From an uncultured Clostridia bacterium (lineage in GTDB: Bacteria; Bacillota; Clostridia; Oscillospirales; CAG-272), in assembly GCA_947630625.1 (NCBI GenBank), contig CANRIL010000001.1, forward strand, positions 113,574-177,573: DNA of 64,000 nt. Reading direction: 5' to 3'. A program made the translations under genes and the position numbers. This document shows, in pieces, positions 9,132 to 18,845 of this stretch. The first letter of the stretch is position 1. Every line of letters starts with the position of its first letter. Under the pieces are notes generated by a model that worked only from the letters and a program-made list of their open reading frames with translations, was not told the origin of the DNA and made no database searches.

Positions 9132-11170
9132 GCGTATCTATGTACCCAAAACTCGCCTTCCGCGGTATATGGAAAAACAAGAAGCTTTATATTCCGTATA
9201 TCCTGACAGCCGTCGGCATGGTCGCGATGTACTATATCGTCACGTCCGTCTCATATTCGGACGGGATCAGAAATATAAGCGGCGGGGACACGATAGTTGA
9301 GATATTGTCGTTCGGTTCCGTCATCATGGCGATTTTCGCGGCGATATTCCTCTTTTATTCAAGCTCGTTTCTGATGCGGCGCCGCCAGCGCGAATTCGGA
9401 CTTTACAATATCCTCGGCATGGGCAAGCGGCACATCGGCATGATAATGCTGATCGAAACAGCGTTCACTGCGGCGATCTCGCTTGTGTTCGGGTTTATTT
9501 TCGGCATAGCGTTTTCAAAGCTGGCGGAGGCGGGGATACATTATATAATGAAAACGGAGGTCGGATACGAGCTCACGGTGTCGTTTGAGGCGATCCTTTC
9601 GGCTATCCCGATTTTCGCCCTCATATTTGCCGTCATCTTAGTTTTCACGCTCCTTCGCGTGCGCATGTCAAATCCGATAGCGCTTCTTCACAGCGAAAAC
9701 GCCGGAGAGCGTCCGCCGAAGGGAAACCCGCTTATCGCGATCATCGGCGTCATACTTATCGGCGCAGCGTATTATATCGCGCTGACGACGGAGAATCCGA
9801 TATTAGCGCTGGCGCTCTTCTTTGCCGCTGTCGTTATGGTCATCGTCGGGACGTACGCGCTCTTTATCTCAGGCTCAGTCGTGATGTGCCGGCTGCTCAA
9901 GCGGAACAAAAAATATTATTATAAGCCCGAAAATTTCATATCCGTTTCGTCGATGTCCTTCCGCATGAAGCGCAACGGCGCGGGGCTTGCCTCGATCTGC
10001 ATTCTTCTGACGATGGTCCTCGTGATGCTCACGGCAACGTTTTCGCTTTATTCGAGCGAGGAAGACATAATAAGGTCGTCTTATCCGCGCGCGCTGATGT
10101 GTGAGTCCGCCTTCTGGACGTTTGAAGAATTTGAAAACGACAAAACGGCGGAATCGTTCCGCAAGGCGGCATTTGCAGCGCTTGAAAATGCCGGATGCGA
10201 GCCCGAAAACGAATATTTCTTCCGCATGGCGTATATGATCTCGACAATGATCGACGGCGAATTTTATTCATTTAACGACGTTGAAGCCGGCGTAGATATT
10301 GAGGATTATTACCAGGCAAATGGAACATACAACTTATATATGATGCCCGTTCGCGACTATAACGACATGTACGGAACAGACTATAAGCTCGCCGACGACG
10401 AGGCGCTCATTTATTCTGTTTATTCGATGGGCACCGAATATAAGGACGACGTGGTAAAGATCGGACACATTGGCGAATATAAAGTCGTCGGCCACGTAGA
10501 TGAAATGCTTGACTGCGACAGGATAACGATAAGCGCTTTTCCGACGCTTATTGTGATAATGAATAACGTCGGGAAAAATTTCGAACCGCTGAGCGGCTTT
10601 GCTACGAGGTATTATTATTACGGCTACGACGTTGCCGAGGGAACAGAGAGGGCGGCTCAGGAGGCGATATACAATATCGAATTGACAAAGGACGGAAATG
10701 AAAATTTCCCCGGACTGTCAACGCTTTCAACCTCATCAAGAGAACGCGACCGGATAGATTTCTTTTCGATGTACGGCGGAATATTCTTTCTCGGTGTGAT
10801 GCTTTCGATCATGTTCATGCTCGCGGCTGTGCTTATCATCTACTATAAGCAGATCTCCGAAGGATACGAGGATTCCGGCAGATTTGAAATAATGCAGAAG
10901 GTCGGGCTGACAAAAAAGGACATCAGGCGAAGTATAGACGCGCAGATGAGGACGGTGTTCGTGCTGCCTATCGCGGCGGCGGCGCTCCATCTCGCCTTCG
11001 CGTTCCCGATGCTCAAGCGAATGCTTTTGATGTTCAATTTTAAAAACTGTCCGCTGCTCCTTTTGACGGCGGCGATGTGCGTGCTGATATTCGCGGCGAT
11101 ATACCTCATCGTATATAAACTGACCGCGGGCGCGTATTACCGCATCGTCAGCGGCGGCGAAAGAGAATAA
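9128..11170 (+). CDS. ABC transporter permease (BceB/FtsX-like)
   Basis: Multiple TM helices, REFGLYNILGM, large extracellular loop, IIYYKQISEG. Confidence 0.9.
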   Translation: MSVSMYPKLAFRGIWKNKKLYIPYILTAVGMVAMYYIVTSVSYSDGIRNISGGDTIVEILSFGSVIMAIFAAIFLFYSSSFLMRRRQREFGLYNILGMGKRHIGMIMLIETAFTAAISLVFGFIFGIAFSKLAEAGIHYIMKTEVGYELTVSFEAILSAIPIFALIFAVILVFTLLRVRMSNPIALLHSENAGERPPKGNPLIAIIGVILIGAAYYIALTTENPILALALFFAAVVMVIVGTYALFISGSVVMCRLLKRNKKYYYKPENFISVSSMSFRMKRNGAGLASICILLTMVLVMLTATFSLYSSEEDIIRSSYPRALMCESAFWTFEEFENDKTAESFRKAAFAALENAGCEPENEYFFRMAYMISTMIDGEFYSFNDVEAGVDIEDYYQANGTYNLYMMPVRDYNDMYGTDYKLADDEALIYSVYSMGTEYKDDVVKIGHIGEYKVVGHVDEMLDCDRITISAFPTLIVIMNNVGKNFEPLSGFATRYYYYGYDVAEGTERAAQEAIYNIELTKDGNENFPGLSTLSTSSRERDRIDFFSMYGGIFFLGVMLSIMFMLAAVLIIYYKQISEGYEDSGRFEIMQKVGLTKKDIRRSIDAQMRTVFVLPIAAAALHLAFAFPMLKRMLLMFNFKNCPLLLLTAAMCVLIFAAIYLIVYKLTAGAYYRIVSGGERE

Positions 11171-11191
11171 ATTTAATATAATATCGTTTGT

Positions 11192-11296
11192 CTCGGCGGG
11201 ACATGCCGGGGCGGAGCCCCACGGAGAGCGAAACATTGCAATTTCCCCGCACACACCTCCCGTGGCGACACCTCCGCCCCGCCATGTCCCGCCGAG
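11192..11296. other. long imperfect GC-rich hairpin (candidate ncRNA or MITE)
   Basis: CTCGGCGGGACATG/CATGTCCCGCCGAG, CGGGGCGGAG/CTCCGCCCCG and CCACGG/CCGTGG nested stems. Confidence 0.55.
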
Positions 11297-11300
11297 CCGC

Positions 11301-11334
11301 AAAAACGCCGAAATTTCCGGCGTTTTTTTATTTT
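11301..11334 (+). terminator. intrinsic terminator
   Basis: AAAAACGCCG-loop-CGGCGTTTTTTT. Confidence 0.75.
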
Positions 11335-11410
11335 CCGCGAAAGATTGGCGTCAAAAACGCGAGTATTATAATAGGCGCGCATATCGGGGGCGCCGCTGGG
11401 AGGTGGAGAA

Positions 11411-12601
11411 ATGAAAAGGATGACAGCGCTGTTTCTTGCAGCATTAATATTGACTTTTTGCGGATGCTCAGATGGAATGCACGGGGCGGCGGAAGAGAAG
11501 CTGATCGAGTCAAATAAATCAGCCGTCATATGCGGAGATATGCTTTATTATAACAAGAGGGCAGCTTCTGGCAGAGGCAAATGGTCGGGCTATTTGCAGC
11601 CGATAAGTTTTCTATATCAGGATTTATCTAATATTCGCGAGCGCGGGCTGCCCGTGTTCGGAGACGAGCTGACGGATATGAGCGAGAATCCGTTCCGAAC
11701 GCTTGACAGCTTTAATATGCTGATCGACCCGACGGCGACGGCTGAAAACGGCGGGGAAGCGGTCATAATTTTCGAGCAAAGTTGCGGATTTGTCGGGGAC
11801 GACCCGGATCATCCGAACAGGGCGATCGAGCTCACGCGGCTCGTGTCGTACAACACGCGCACGGGCAGATTCAAGATCATCTGTGACGGGATAGTCGGCA
11901 GCTTTATTTCGTTCTGTCTTTACGGCGAAACTCTCATATATGAAACGCTCGATCCCGATCTCGGCGCGACATTTTATTCGGTCGGAAGACAGGGCGGAAA
12001 GAGCGTATCGCTCGGAACGGTCGACAGCCCGGAGACTTTGTTTTTGTCGGTATACGGCGGCAAGATATATTATGCCGTGCCCGAAAGCGGCGGCGTTTCG
12101 ATATATACGTGCGATATAAAGTCGGCGGAGCATGAACGCATTGACACCGTTCCGGTCATGTTTCCCGCCCGCTTCCTCGCTTTTATAGACGGTGCGATTT
12201 ATTATGGCGCCGCGCCGAGCGATCATGACGACTACGGTATAACATATGACATCGTTAAGCGCGATGTCGGCGGGGCGAACGAGCAGACACTTCTTCGCGG
12301 TGTAGAATCGGCAATTTGCTGCGGCGGGGAAATATTATATGTGCCACACGGCGATTCTGTGTCCGGGGATGAAAACATGACGATATCATATTACAAATAC
12401 GATATCGAGAGCGGCGAGAGCGCGATGCTTTTCACATATACGCTTGAAGACGCGGAAGCGCGTATTTTTTCGGTAACTGCATTTTCGGATAAGTATATTT
12501 TCTGTGTAGAGAGAGATATCGTAGGTGGGTCGGCAGGCAGACAGATGTGTTTTGACAGGCGGACAGGGGAGATTTTATATATCCCGACGGAAGAAATCTA
12601 A
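11411..12601 (+). CDS. lipoprotein, probable beta-propeller (DUF5050-like)
   Basis: Signal peptide ending in lipobox-like FCGC; repeated GxxIYY beta motifs. Confidence 0.65.
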   Translation: MKRMTALFLAALILTFCGCSDGMHGAAEEKLIESNKSAVICGDMLYYNKRAASGRGKWSGYLQPISFLYQDLSNIRERGLPVFGDELTDMSENPFRTLDSFNMLIDPTATAENGGEAVIIFEQSCGFVGDDPDHPNRAIELTRLVSYNTRTGRFKIICDGIVGSFISFCLYGETLIYETLDPDLGATFYSVGRQGGKSVSLGTVDSPETLFLSVYGGKIYYAVPESGGVSIYTCDIKSAEHERIDTVPVMFPARFLAFIDGAIYYGAAPSDHDDYGITYDIVKRDVGGANEQTLLRGVESAICCGGEILYVPHGDSVSGDENMTISYYKYDIESGESAMLFTYTLEDAEARIFSVTAFSDKYIFCVERDIVGGSAGRQMCFDRRTGEILYIPTEEI

Positions 12602-12615
12602 AATGGGAGGACGAT

Positions 12616-14958
12616 GTGTTTACAAAAATTTTGCGCCTTATACCGTATGAGCTAAATAAGGCTGTATCCGCGCCGTTTATCAGGCTGACGGCAATTCTTC
12701 TTTTGGCAGTAAATATCGTTATGTGCGCATATTATTATGAAAGCTCATATTCAAAATCGGAGAAGATGTACGAGGACGCCGTATATCAGCTGTATGTTGA
12801 CGACTCGGATGAGTTCTATTCGGAATATGACCGCATTAAAAAAGAATATGCGGAGCTTGATTATTTTGTAGACAAGGAGCCGTCGAAATTTTACGGCGGA
12901 GGGAAATACTACGACATATCGCTTTTCGACAGCGTTTACAGCATAATCACCGCGGATGAGTCTTACCATGAGCGCATGAAAAGTATAGTCAGGACGGCTG
13001 AGGACATACGCGACAGCTATAAAGAGATGGGGAAAACGGACAGCTTCATATATAGGTATGAAAGCGCCGAGGCAAAGCTGTACGCGGATCTCGACCGAAG
13101 TGTTAAGCTGAGCGGCAGCCAGGTCGAAGGCTGGCGGGAATATTTTGAATACAGGGCGGAGTTCTTTCCCGCGATGATACTTGTCGCCGTTATATGCGTA
13201 TATATCGCGACGGAGGACAGGTCGAACGGATTTCATTTTATTTCGATGATATGCAAAAACGGGCGGACGCCTGATGTCGCGGCAAAATTCGGTTCCGCTA
13301 TGATACTGTCGGCTGCCGTGACAGTGATCTTCACGTTTTCGTCGTTTGTAACGGTCGGATTTTTTGCAGGCGGGTATTCCGATTTTACGGAGGCGGTTCA
13401 GGCGGTGTATGCTCAGACGGGCGTCATGCCGTTTGAGCTTTTCCCGTTGAAAATAAATATGCTCGGCGCTGCCGCGAGTGGGCTGATTTTAAAGATCGCG
13501 TCGTCGTTAATATTCTGCGCCGTCGTGTTTCTGCTTTCGTCGGTTATCAAAAACAGCGCCATAAGCCTCGGCGCGGGCGCGCTCGTTGTCGTCGGATGCT
13601 ATTTCGGCTTTGAGCTGACGGAACCAGTGTTTTCAGGTCAGTGGAGGTATCTTGACATCTGGTCGGTATATGATCTCAGCACGTTCGCCGGACATTACCG
13701 CGCGGTGGATTTACTCGGGCAGAGCGTAAATATCGCATATATATTGGCAATAATCGCGGTTTTAGCGGCGACAGCGGCGCTTATTGTTTCCTGCGCGGTT
13801 TGCTCGGTGAAGGTCGTGCGGATGAGGCAGCGTCGGAAAAACGTCTTTTCCCGCGTTAAAGCTATATTATCAGGGAAAAGAAAGCCGCGCGGATGCACGT
13901 CGTTGATGTTTTACGAGTTTTATAAGCAAAAACCGCTCATTTTGCTGCTCGGCGCGGTCGTGGTCATAAAGCTGTTCGTTTCAGCCGGATACTATTCGCC
14001 CGAATATACGCGATATGACGACGTGCTCCGTGAGTATATTTATAAGATAGGCGGCGAATATACAAAGGAAAAAGCGCAGTTCATAAAGGATGAGTACGAA
14101 GAATGTCTTGAAAGCGTAGACATGTTTGACACGGTCGAAAAAGATTATTGGCAAGGGCTGATATCAGACGAATATTTCAGCAGGCTCTACGAGCAGTACA
14201 AGGAATCGTCCTCAAAACTACCGGTGCTCGAAGACCTGTCTGAACGCTCGGACTATCTCGATAATTTATACAGTTTGCGTGGGATTCGCGGATCGTATCT
14301 ATATGACAGCGGGTATTATATGTTAGTGTCACAAGGAACGGATTTTATCGCGATCGTCTTTATCGTTGTTTTTTGTTGCCGGTCATACATTTGCGAGCTG
14401 TCGCCATCCGGCGGAGGGGTGACTTTGATTTCAGGGGCGACGGAGAGGGGAAGAGCGTATCTGTTCCGCATTAAACTGTTGTCATGTACGCTCACGGCGC
14501 TTCTTATAAAAATTTTATCTATGATCATTGACGTGTGTTTGTTTGCCCGCTCATACGAGCTTCCCAAAGATTTATCCGCTCGGCTTCTGAGTATGCCGAG
14601 ATACGGAAATACGGCGGTGAATTTTACGGTCGGCGGATACCTTGTGTTCTGCGCTGTTTTAAGTTTGATCGGCACTGCAATGATCGCGGCGATTTGCCTT
14701 TGCCTGACGGTGTGGCTCCGGCGGGCGCTGCTCGTGTATTCCGTTTCCGCGGCAGCTGTATTTATTCCGTATTTTATTATCAGATCGGGAGTCACGGCCG
14801 CCGGATATATCGACGTTGCAGTTTTAAGCGACTTTGACAGGCTGTATATTATGTCGCCGCCTTTCTGGTGGGCGATATTCTTCCCGGCGGCAGCGCTTTT
14901 GACCGTTTTGACCGTGATACTGACAGACCGGCGTGTCGCACGCACGGTGATAAAATAG
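12616..14958 (+). CDS. ABC exporter permease with two tandem permease modules
   Basis: Two similar halves, each YE(L/F)xK + TM + extracellular domain + (N/R)GR..K + TM bundle; lies upstream of an ABC ATPase. Confidence 0.7.
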   Translation: MFTKILRLIPYELNKAVSAPFIRLTAILLLAVNIVMCAYYYESSYSKSEKMYEDAVYQLYVDDSDEFYSEYDRIKKEYAELDYFVDKEPSKFYGGGKYYDISLFDSVYSIITADESYHERMKSIVRTAEDIRDSYKEMGKTDSFIYRYESAEAKLYADLDRSVKLSGSQVEGWREYFEYRAEFFPAMILVAVICVYIATEDRSNGFHFISMICKNGRTPDVAAKFGSAMILSAAVTVIFTFSSFVTVGFFAGGYSDFTEAVQAVYAQTGVMPFELFPLKINMLGAAASGLILKIASSLIFCAVVFLLSSVIKNSAISLGAGALVVVGCYFGFELTEPVFSGQWRYLDIWSVYDLSTFAGHYRAVDLLGQSVNIAYILAIIAVLAATAALIVSCAVCSVKVVRMRQRRKNVFSRVKAILSGKRKPRGCTSLMFYEFYKQKPLILLLGAVVVIKLFVSAGYYSPEYTRYDDVLREYIYKIGGEYTKEKAQFIKDEYEECLESVDMFDTVEKDYWQGLISDEYFSRLYEQYKESSSKLPVLEDLSERSDYLDNLYSLRGIRGSYLYDSGYYMLVSQGTDFIAIVFIVVFCCRSYICELSPSGGGVTLISGATERGRAYLFRIKLLSCTLTALLIKILSMIIDVCLFARSYELPKDLSARLLSMPRYGNTAVNFTVGGYLVFCAVLSLIGTAMIAAICLCLTVWLRRALLVYSVSAAAVFIPYFIIRSGVTAAGYIDVAVLSDFDRLYIMSPPFWWAIFFPAAALLTVLTVILTDRRVARTVIK

Positions 14959-15050
14959 CGTTGATCTGGCGGATCGAACGTGTGGGGGTAATATTTTGTG
15001 TTCTCACGCAGATCCACGCGGCGCTTCATATTAAAAAAGAGGAGATCATC

Positions 15051-15968
15051 ATGAAACTTTCAATTAACGGCATCTCAAAGAGTTACGGCAAAAAGTGCGC
15101 ACTTGCATGTTTTAATGCCGAATTTGAGCCGGGGATATATGCGCTTCTCGGACCGAACGGGAGCGGCAAATCGACGCTTATGAACATTATCGTCGGAAAT
15201 CTGAGTGCGGATTCCGGAAACATAACGTTCGAATGCGACGGTGAGACGGAAGATACTCTTAAAATGGGCGCAGTATTCCGCAAAAAACTCGGATTTATGC
15301 CCCAATATCCCGGCATGTATCCGAATTTTACGGTGGGGCGGTTCATGTGGTATATGGCGGCGCTTAAAAACATAGGCGCGGAGCTTGGCAGAAAAGAACG
15401 GCGCGAATATATTTCTTCTGAGGTGAGTCGGCTGCTCAGTGCCGTTGAGCTTGACGATGCTGACGTATACGGCAGGAAGATCGGCGCGCTGTCCGGCGGG
15501 ATGAAGCAGCGGCTCGCGCTTGCCCAGGCGATGCTCGGCGACCCGTCCGTCATAATACTCGACGAACCGACTGCCGGGCTCGACCCGAAACAGCGCATAT
15601 CGATCAGAAATTATATCTCAAAAATTGCATTTGATAAGATCGTAATTATCGCCACACACGTTGTCTCAGACATAGAATATATCGCGAAAGACGTTATTAT
15701 GCTCAAAAAAGGCTTGATCATCGACAGCGGTACGCCGCGAGAGCTGACTTCAAAAATTGAAGGGAAGGTCTGGCAGATCGACGTACATGAAAGCGAAGTT
15801 GAAAAGGTCGGAGAAGAATGCAGTGTTACAGGCATAAGCAAAGATGAATCTGACATAGCGCGGCTGCGCGTTATATCGGAGACGCCGCCGACGTGTGACT
15901 CGATAAACGTTTTGCCGACGCTTGAAGATTATTACCTTTACGTTTTCGGTGACGATATTCAGCGGTAA
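15051..15968 (+). CDS. ABC transporter ATP-binding protein
   Basis: GPNGSGKST, LSGGMKQR, ILDEPTAGLD; SD GAGGAG before ATG at 15051. Confidence 0.92.
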   Translation: MKLSINGISKSYGKKCALACFNAEFEPGIYALLGPNGSGKSTLMNIIVGNLSADSGNITFECDGETEDTLKMGAVFRKKLGFMPQYPGMYPNFTVGRFMWYMAALKNIGAELGRKERREYISSEVSRLLSAVELDDADVYGRKIGALSGGMKQRLALAQAMLGDPSVIILDEPTAGLDPKQRISIRNYISKIAFDKIVIIATHVVSDIEYIAKDVIMLKKGLIIDSGTPRELTSKIEGKVWQIDVHESEVEKVGEECSVTGISKDESDIARLRVISETPPTCDSINVLPTLEDYYLYVFGDDIQR

Positions 15969-16093
15969 TCAACATCCGCAAAAATAAATACACAAAAAAA
16001 CACGCGCTGCGACGGCTCGTGCTTTTTTGTATTAATTCCCTATAAATGGACAATAGAAATCGGATAAATGTACCTAAAATTTACAAAAAAATA

Positions 16094-16122
16094 TTGACAA
16101 CATTTTTAGACGCGCGTATAAT
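16094..16122 (+). promoter_or_regulatory. consensus sigma-A promoter
   Basis: TTGACA-N17-TATAAT, exact consensus. Confidence 0.85.
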
Positions 16123-16160
16123 ATATACATGCCTAAAATAAAGTAAGTGATTTTAGAGGA

Positions 16161-16547
16161 ATGTCTATGGAACTTGATGTCTATAAAAAATTGCCGGATG
16201 CCGAATTTGACGTAATGTGCGCGATCTGGAGCGTACCCGCACCGACGACGACGCCTGTTCTTATGCGAGTTGTCGGCAATGAAAAGGGCTGGCGCGCGCC
16301 GACGCTCATTTCATTTCTCGTCAGACTTGAAGACCGCGGGTTTATCCGTTCCGAGAAAAACGGAAAGGAGCGCCAGTATTATCCGATGGTCGACAAAAAA
16401 TCATATATGACTGAATTCACGAGGCGTTTCCTCAATCAGTATCACGGCGGTTCGCTCAAATCATTCCTTGATACGCTCGCGGGTGACGGCAATCTCAATT
16501 CCACCCAGTTTGACGAGCTGCTCGGCTGGCTCCAGTCAAGAGCATAA
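16161..16547 (+). CDS. BlaI/MecI/CopY family transcriptional repressor
   Basis: LPDAEFDVMCAIW, W..PTLISFLVRLEDRGFI, YYP, HGGSLKSFL. Confidence 0.88.
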   Translation: MSMELDVYKKLPDAEFDVMCAIWSVPAPTTTPVLMRVVGNEKGWRAPTLISFLVRLEDRGFIRSEKNGKERQYYPMVDKKSYMTEFTRRFLNQYHGGSLKSFLDTLAGDGNLNSTQFDELLGWLQSRA

Positions 16548-17320
16548 TGCCTCAGCCGATAGACCCGACCTCGGTCGTCAACCGCGCGCGGTTTCTGAAT
16601 ATTTGTTACGAGCATAACCGCAGAAAGGACGCGGGAGAAGGGATCGGAACGCTGAATGAAAAGCGGATACACCTTGTTTTGAAGGACTATTTCGACCCCG
16701 ACCGAACGCATCATGAGATACCTTATATGGGGTATATCGCGGATATAAAGAATGACGACGGAATTATCGAAATACAGACAGGCGCGCTCAACCCGCTCTT
16801 TGCGAAGCTGGGCGCGTTTCTTCCAGGTTCGAAGGTGACGCTCGTTCACCCGCTTATATCAAAAAAGACAGTCTCGTGGATCGACCCTGAGACGGGAAAG
16901 ATTTCTCCGAAAAGAACATCCCCGCGCCGTGAAACGCCTCTTGACGGGCTTATTGAGCTGTATAATATCAGAAGCTACGTCGGGGACGCCAATCTTCGCG
17001 TCCGTTTTCCCTTGATCGAGGCGGATGAATACAGGATGAAGGACGGCTGGAGCCGCGACAAAAAGCGCGGTTCTCACAGATACGATCGCATTCCGATCCA
17101 GCTTTTCGATATTATATCCCTCGATTCGCCGCTTGATTATAAGCTGAAATATCTTCCCGAAACGCTGTTTGAAACTGAATTTACAACGGCTGATTTCGCG
17201 CGCGAGGCGCGCACGAGCAGGAAGGCGGCGTATTACGCGCTTACGGTGCTGAGTGAGGCAAATGTAGTCTCAAAGGTCGGCAAAAAGGGAAGCAGTTACT
17301 TATACAAATGCCTTTTATAG
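16547..17320 (+). CDS. conserved hypothetical protein, PD-(D/E)XK-like N-terminus plus C-terminal winged helix
   Basis: EKRIH..LK..., HE....YIADI....IIEIQT pattern; FTTADFA...GKKGSSYLY wHTH-like end; TAATG overlap with the upstream gene. Confidence 0.6.
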   Translation: MPQPIDPTSVVNRARFLNICYEHNRRKDAGEGIGTLNEKRIHLVLKDYFDPDRTHHEIPYMGYIADIKNDDGIIEIQTGALNPLFAKLGAFLPGSKVTLVHPLISKKTVSWIDPETGKISPKRTSPRRETPLDGLIELYNIRSYVGDANLRVRFPLIEADEYRMKDGWSRDKKRGSHRYDRIPIQLFDIISLDSPLDYKLKYLPETLFETEFTTADFAREARTSRKAAYYALTVLSEANVVSKVGKKGSSYLYKCLL

Positions 17321-17352
17321 TCTTGCCTAAAATACTGTCCGGCGATTTTCGC

Positions 17353-18507
17353 TCAGGACAGTGTTTTTCTTTTTGTGATACGATCCGCTGCGTCGCAGAA
17401 TCTTTCTGCCTCGCTCATCGTATTGAAAGCGCCGAATGATGCGCGGACGGCGCCGGACGGAAATGTTCCGAGCGTCCTGTGCGCGAGCGGCGCACAGTGC
17501 AGTCCGGCTCTGAGGCAAATGCCGAATTCGTCAAATGTCGAAGCAATTTCGGAAGATGTCTTACCGTTTATATTGAAGAGAAGCGTCGAGCCGGGCGTGT
17601 CGTTATAGACGTTTATGTCATCATTTTCGCAAAAGCGGTTTATTATATATTCACATATCCGAGTTTCATGCGCACGTATATTGTCGATCCCTTTCTCACG
17701 GACAAATCTGATCCCGTAAGCGAGCGAGGCTATCGCCGGTGAGGGAAGCGTTCCTGCCTCGAACCTGTCGGGGAGGTGTTCCGGCATGACGAGCGGGATA
17801 GATTCGCTGCCGCTTCCGCCCTCGATCGTTGTTTTAAGCTCCTCCGCCGCGACATCGCCGAATATGATCGCGCCGCACCCCTGACAGCCGTAAAGCCCCT
17901 TATGACCGGGCACGCAAACAGCGTCTATTTTGCAGCGGCTCATGTTTAGAGGAATGCTCCCGGCTGACTGCGCGCAGTCAGCGATCATATATATGCCGTG
18001 TTCGCGGCAATATTCGCTTATTTCTTCTATCGGGAGGATTCTCGGAATTATATTTGACTGATGCGTACAGATGAGCAGCCGTGTGTTTTTCCCGCGCTTG
18101 CGCTCGATGTCGTTGAGAATGTCTTCCGTTGTGCCGGAGCTGCGGAATATATCATACGTCGCGCCGAGCCTCATTGCCGCCTGATGCACGGGACGCAGAA
18201 CGCTGTTGTGCTCCATATCGCTTATCAATATGTGGTCGCCGTGATGCGTCATCGCCTTTATTGCAAAATTGAGCGCGTACGTTGTGTTCATCGTAAACGC
18301 AATGGACTCCGGGGAAGCGGAAAACAGCTCCGCCAGTTCCTCGCGTGTGCGGTATACGGCCTCGGCTGCCGCTAAAGCGAGCGAATGCGAGCCTCTGCTC
18401 GCGTTTCCGCAGCTGTTTCTCTGATAATTGTCCGCCGCCCTGTAAACCGCGTCGGGTTTGGGGAACGTAGTCGCGGCGTTATCAAAATATATGAGTCTTT
18501 TTTTCAT
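17353..18507 (-). CDS. aminotransferase class V / cysteine desulfurase family
   Basis: YFDNAATT, DCAQSAG, PGHKGL, RAGLHCAPLAH. Confidence 0.9.
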   Translation of the reverse strand: MKKRLIYFDNAATTFPKPDAVYRAADNYQRNSCGNASRGSHSLALAAAEAVYRTREELAELFSASPESIAFTMNTTYALNFAIKAMTHHGDHILISDMEHNSVLRPVHQAAMRLGATYDIFRSSGTTEDILNDIERKRGKNTRLLICTHQSNIIPRILPIEEISEYCREHGIYMIADCAQSAGSIPLNMSRCKIDAVCVPGHKGLYGCQGCGAIIFGDVAAEELKTTIEGGSGSESIPLVMPEHLPDRFEAGTLPSPAIASLAYGIRFVREKGIDNIRAHETRICEYIINRFCENDDINVYNDTPGSTLLFNINGKTSSEIASTFDEFGICLRAGLHCAPLAHRTLGTFPSGAVRASFGAFNTMSEAERFCDAADRITKRKTLS

Positions 18508-18722
18508 AGCGATATTATGTCTCCGTATCTGATCCTCGCTCTTTTCAGCGCTCTTTCAGCCGCGTCGGCATAGAGCGGCGCGATCTCGATGCCGTATGCG
18601 CATCCGCGCCGTGTCAGATTTGATTCGATTTCAACGATCTTATGCGGTATATTTGATTTTGTCAGTACGCCGCTGCCGCGCTGCGCCGTTGTCATCGATA
18701 TGAACGGCAAAATACATCTCAT
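18504..18722 (-). CDS. DUF3343-like small protein
   Basis: 72 aa with S.TTA and GCAYGI motifs; overlaps the desulfurase start. Confidence 0.7.
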   Translation of the reverse strand: MRCILPFISMTTAQRGSGVLTKSNIPHKIVEIESNLTRRGCAYGIEIAPLYADAAERALKRARIRYGDIISL

Positions 18723-18796
18723 TTCATAAACATCCTTTGATTGTGCCGACGTTTCACGTTAGTACCATTATATGCCGACCACCACCCGGCCGCAAC

Positions 18797-18830
18797 AAAA
18801 TCGCCCCGGCGCTGAAAAGCGTCGGGGCGG
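18797..18830 (-). terminator. intrinsic terminator of the glycoside hydrolase gene
   Basis: Minus strand CGCCCCGACGC-loop-GCGCCGGGGCG followed by ATTTTG. Confidence 0.65.
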
Positions 18831-18845
18831 AGCATAAAGCTGCTT

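Noticed and set aside
11192-11296. 6S RNA call for the rod hairpin
   Set aside because: Appears too short and lacks a clear large central bubble; left as an unassigned structure
11173-11529. ORFs of 61-118 aa across the long hairpin
   Set aside because: Low-complexity translations of a GC-rich inverted repeat with no RBS
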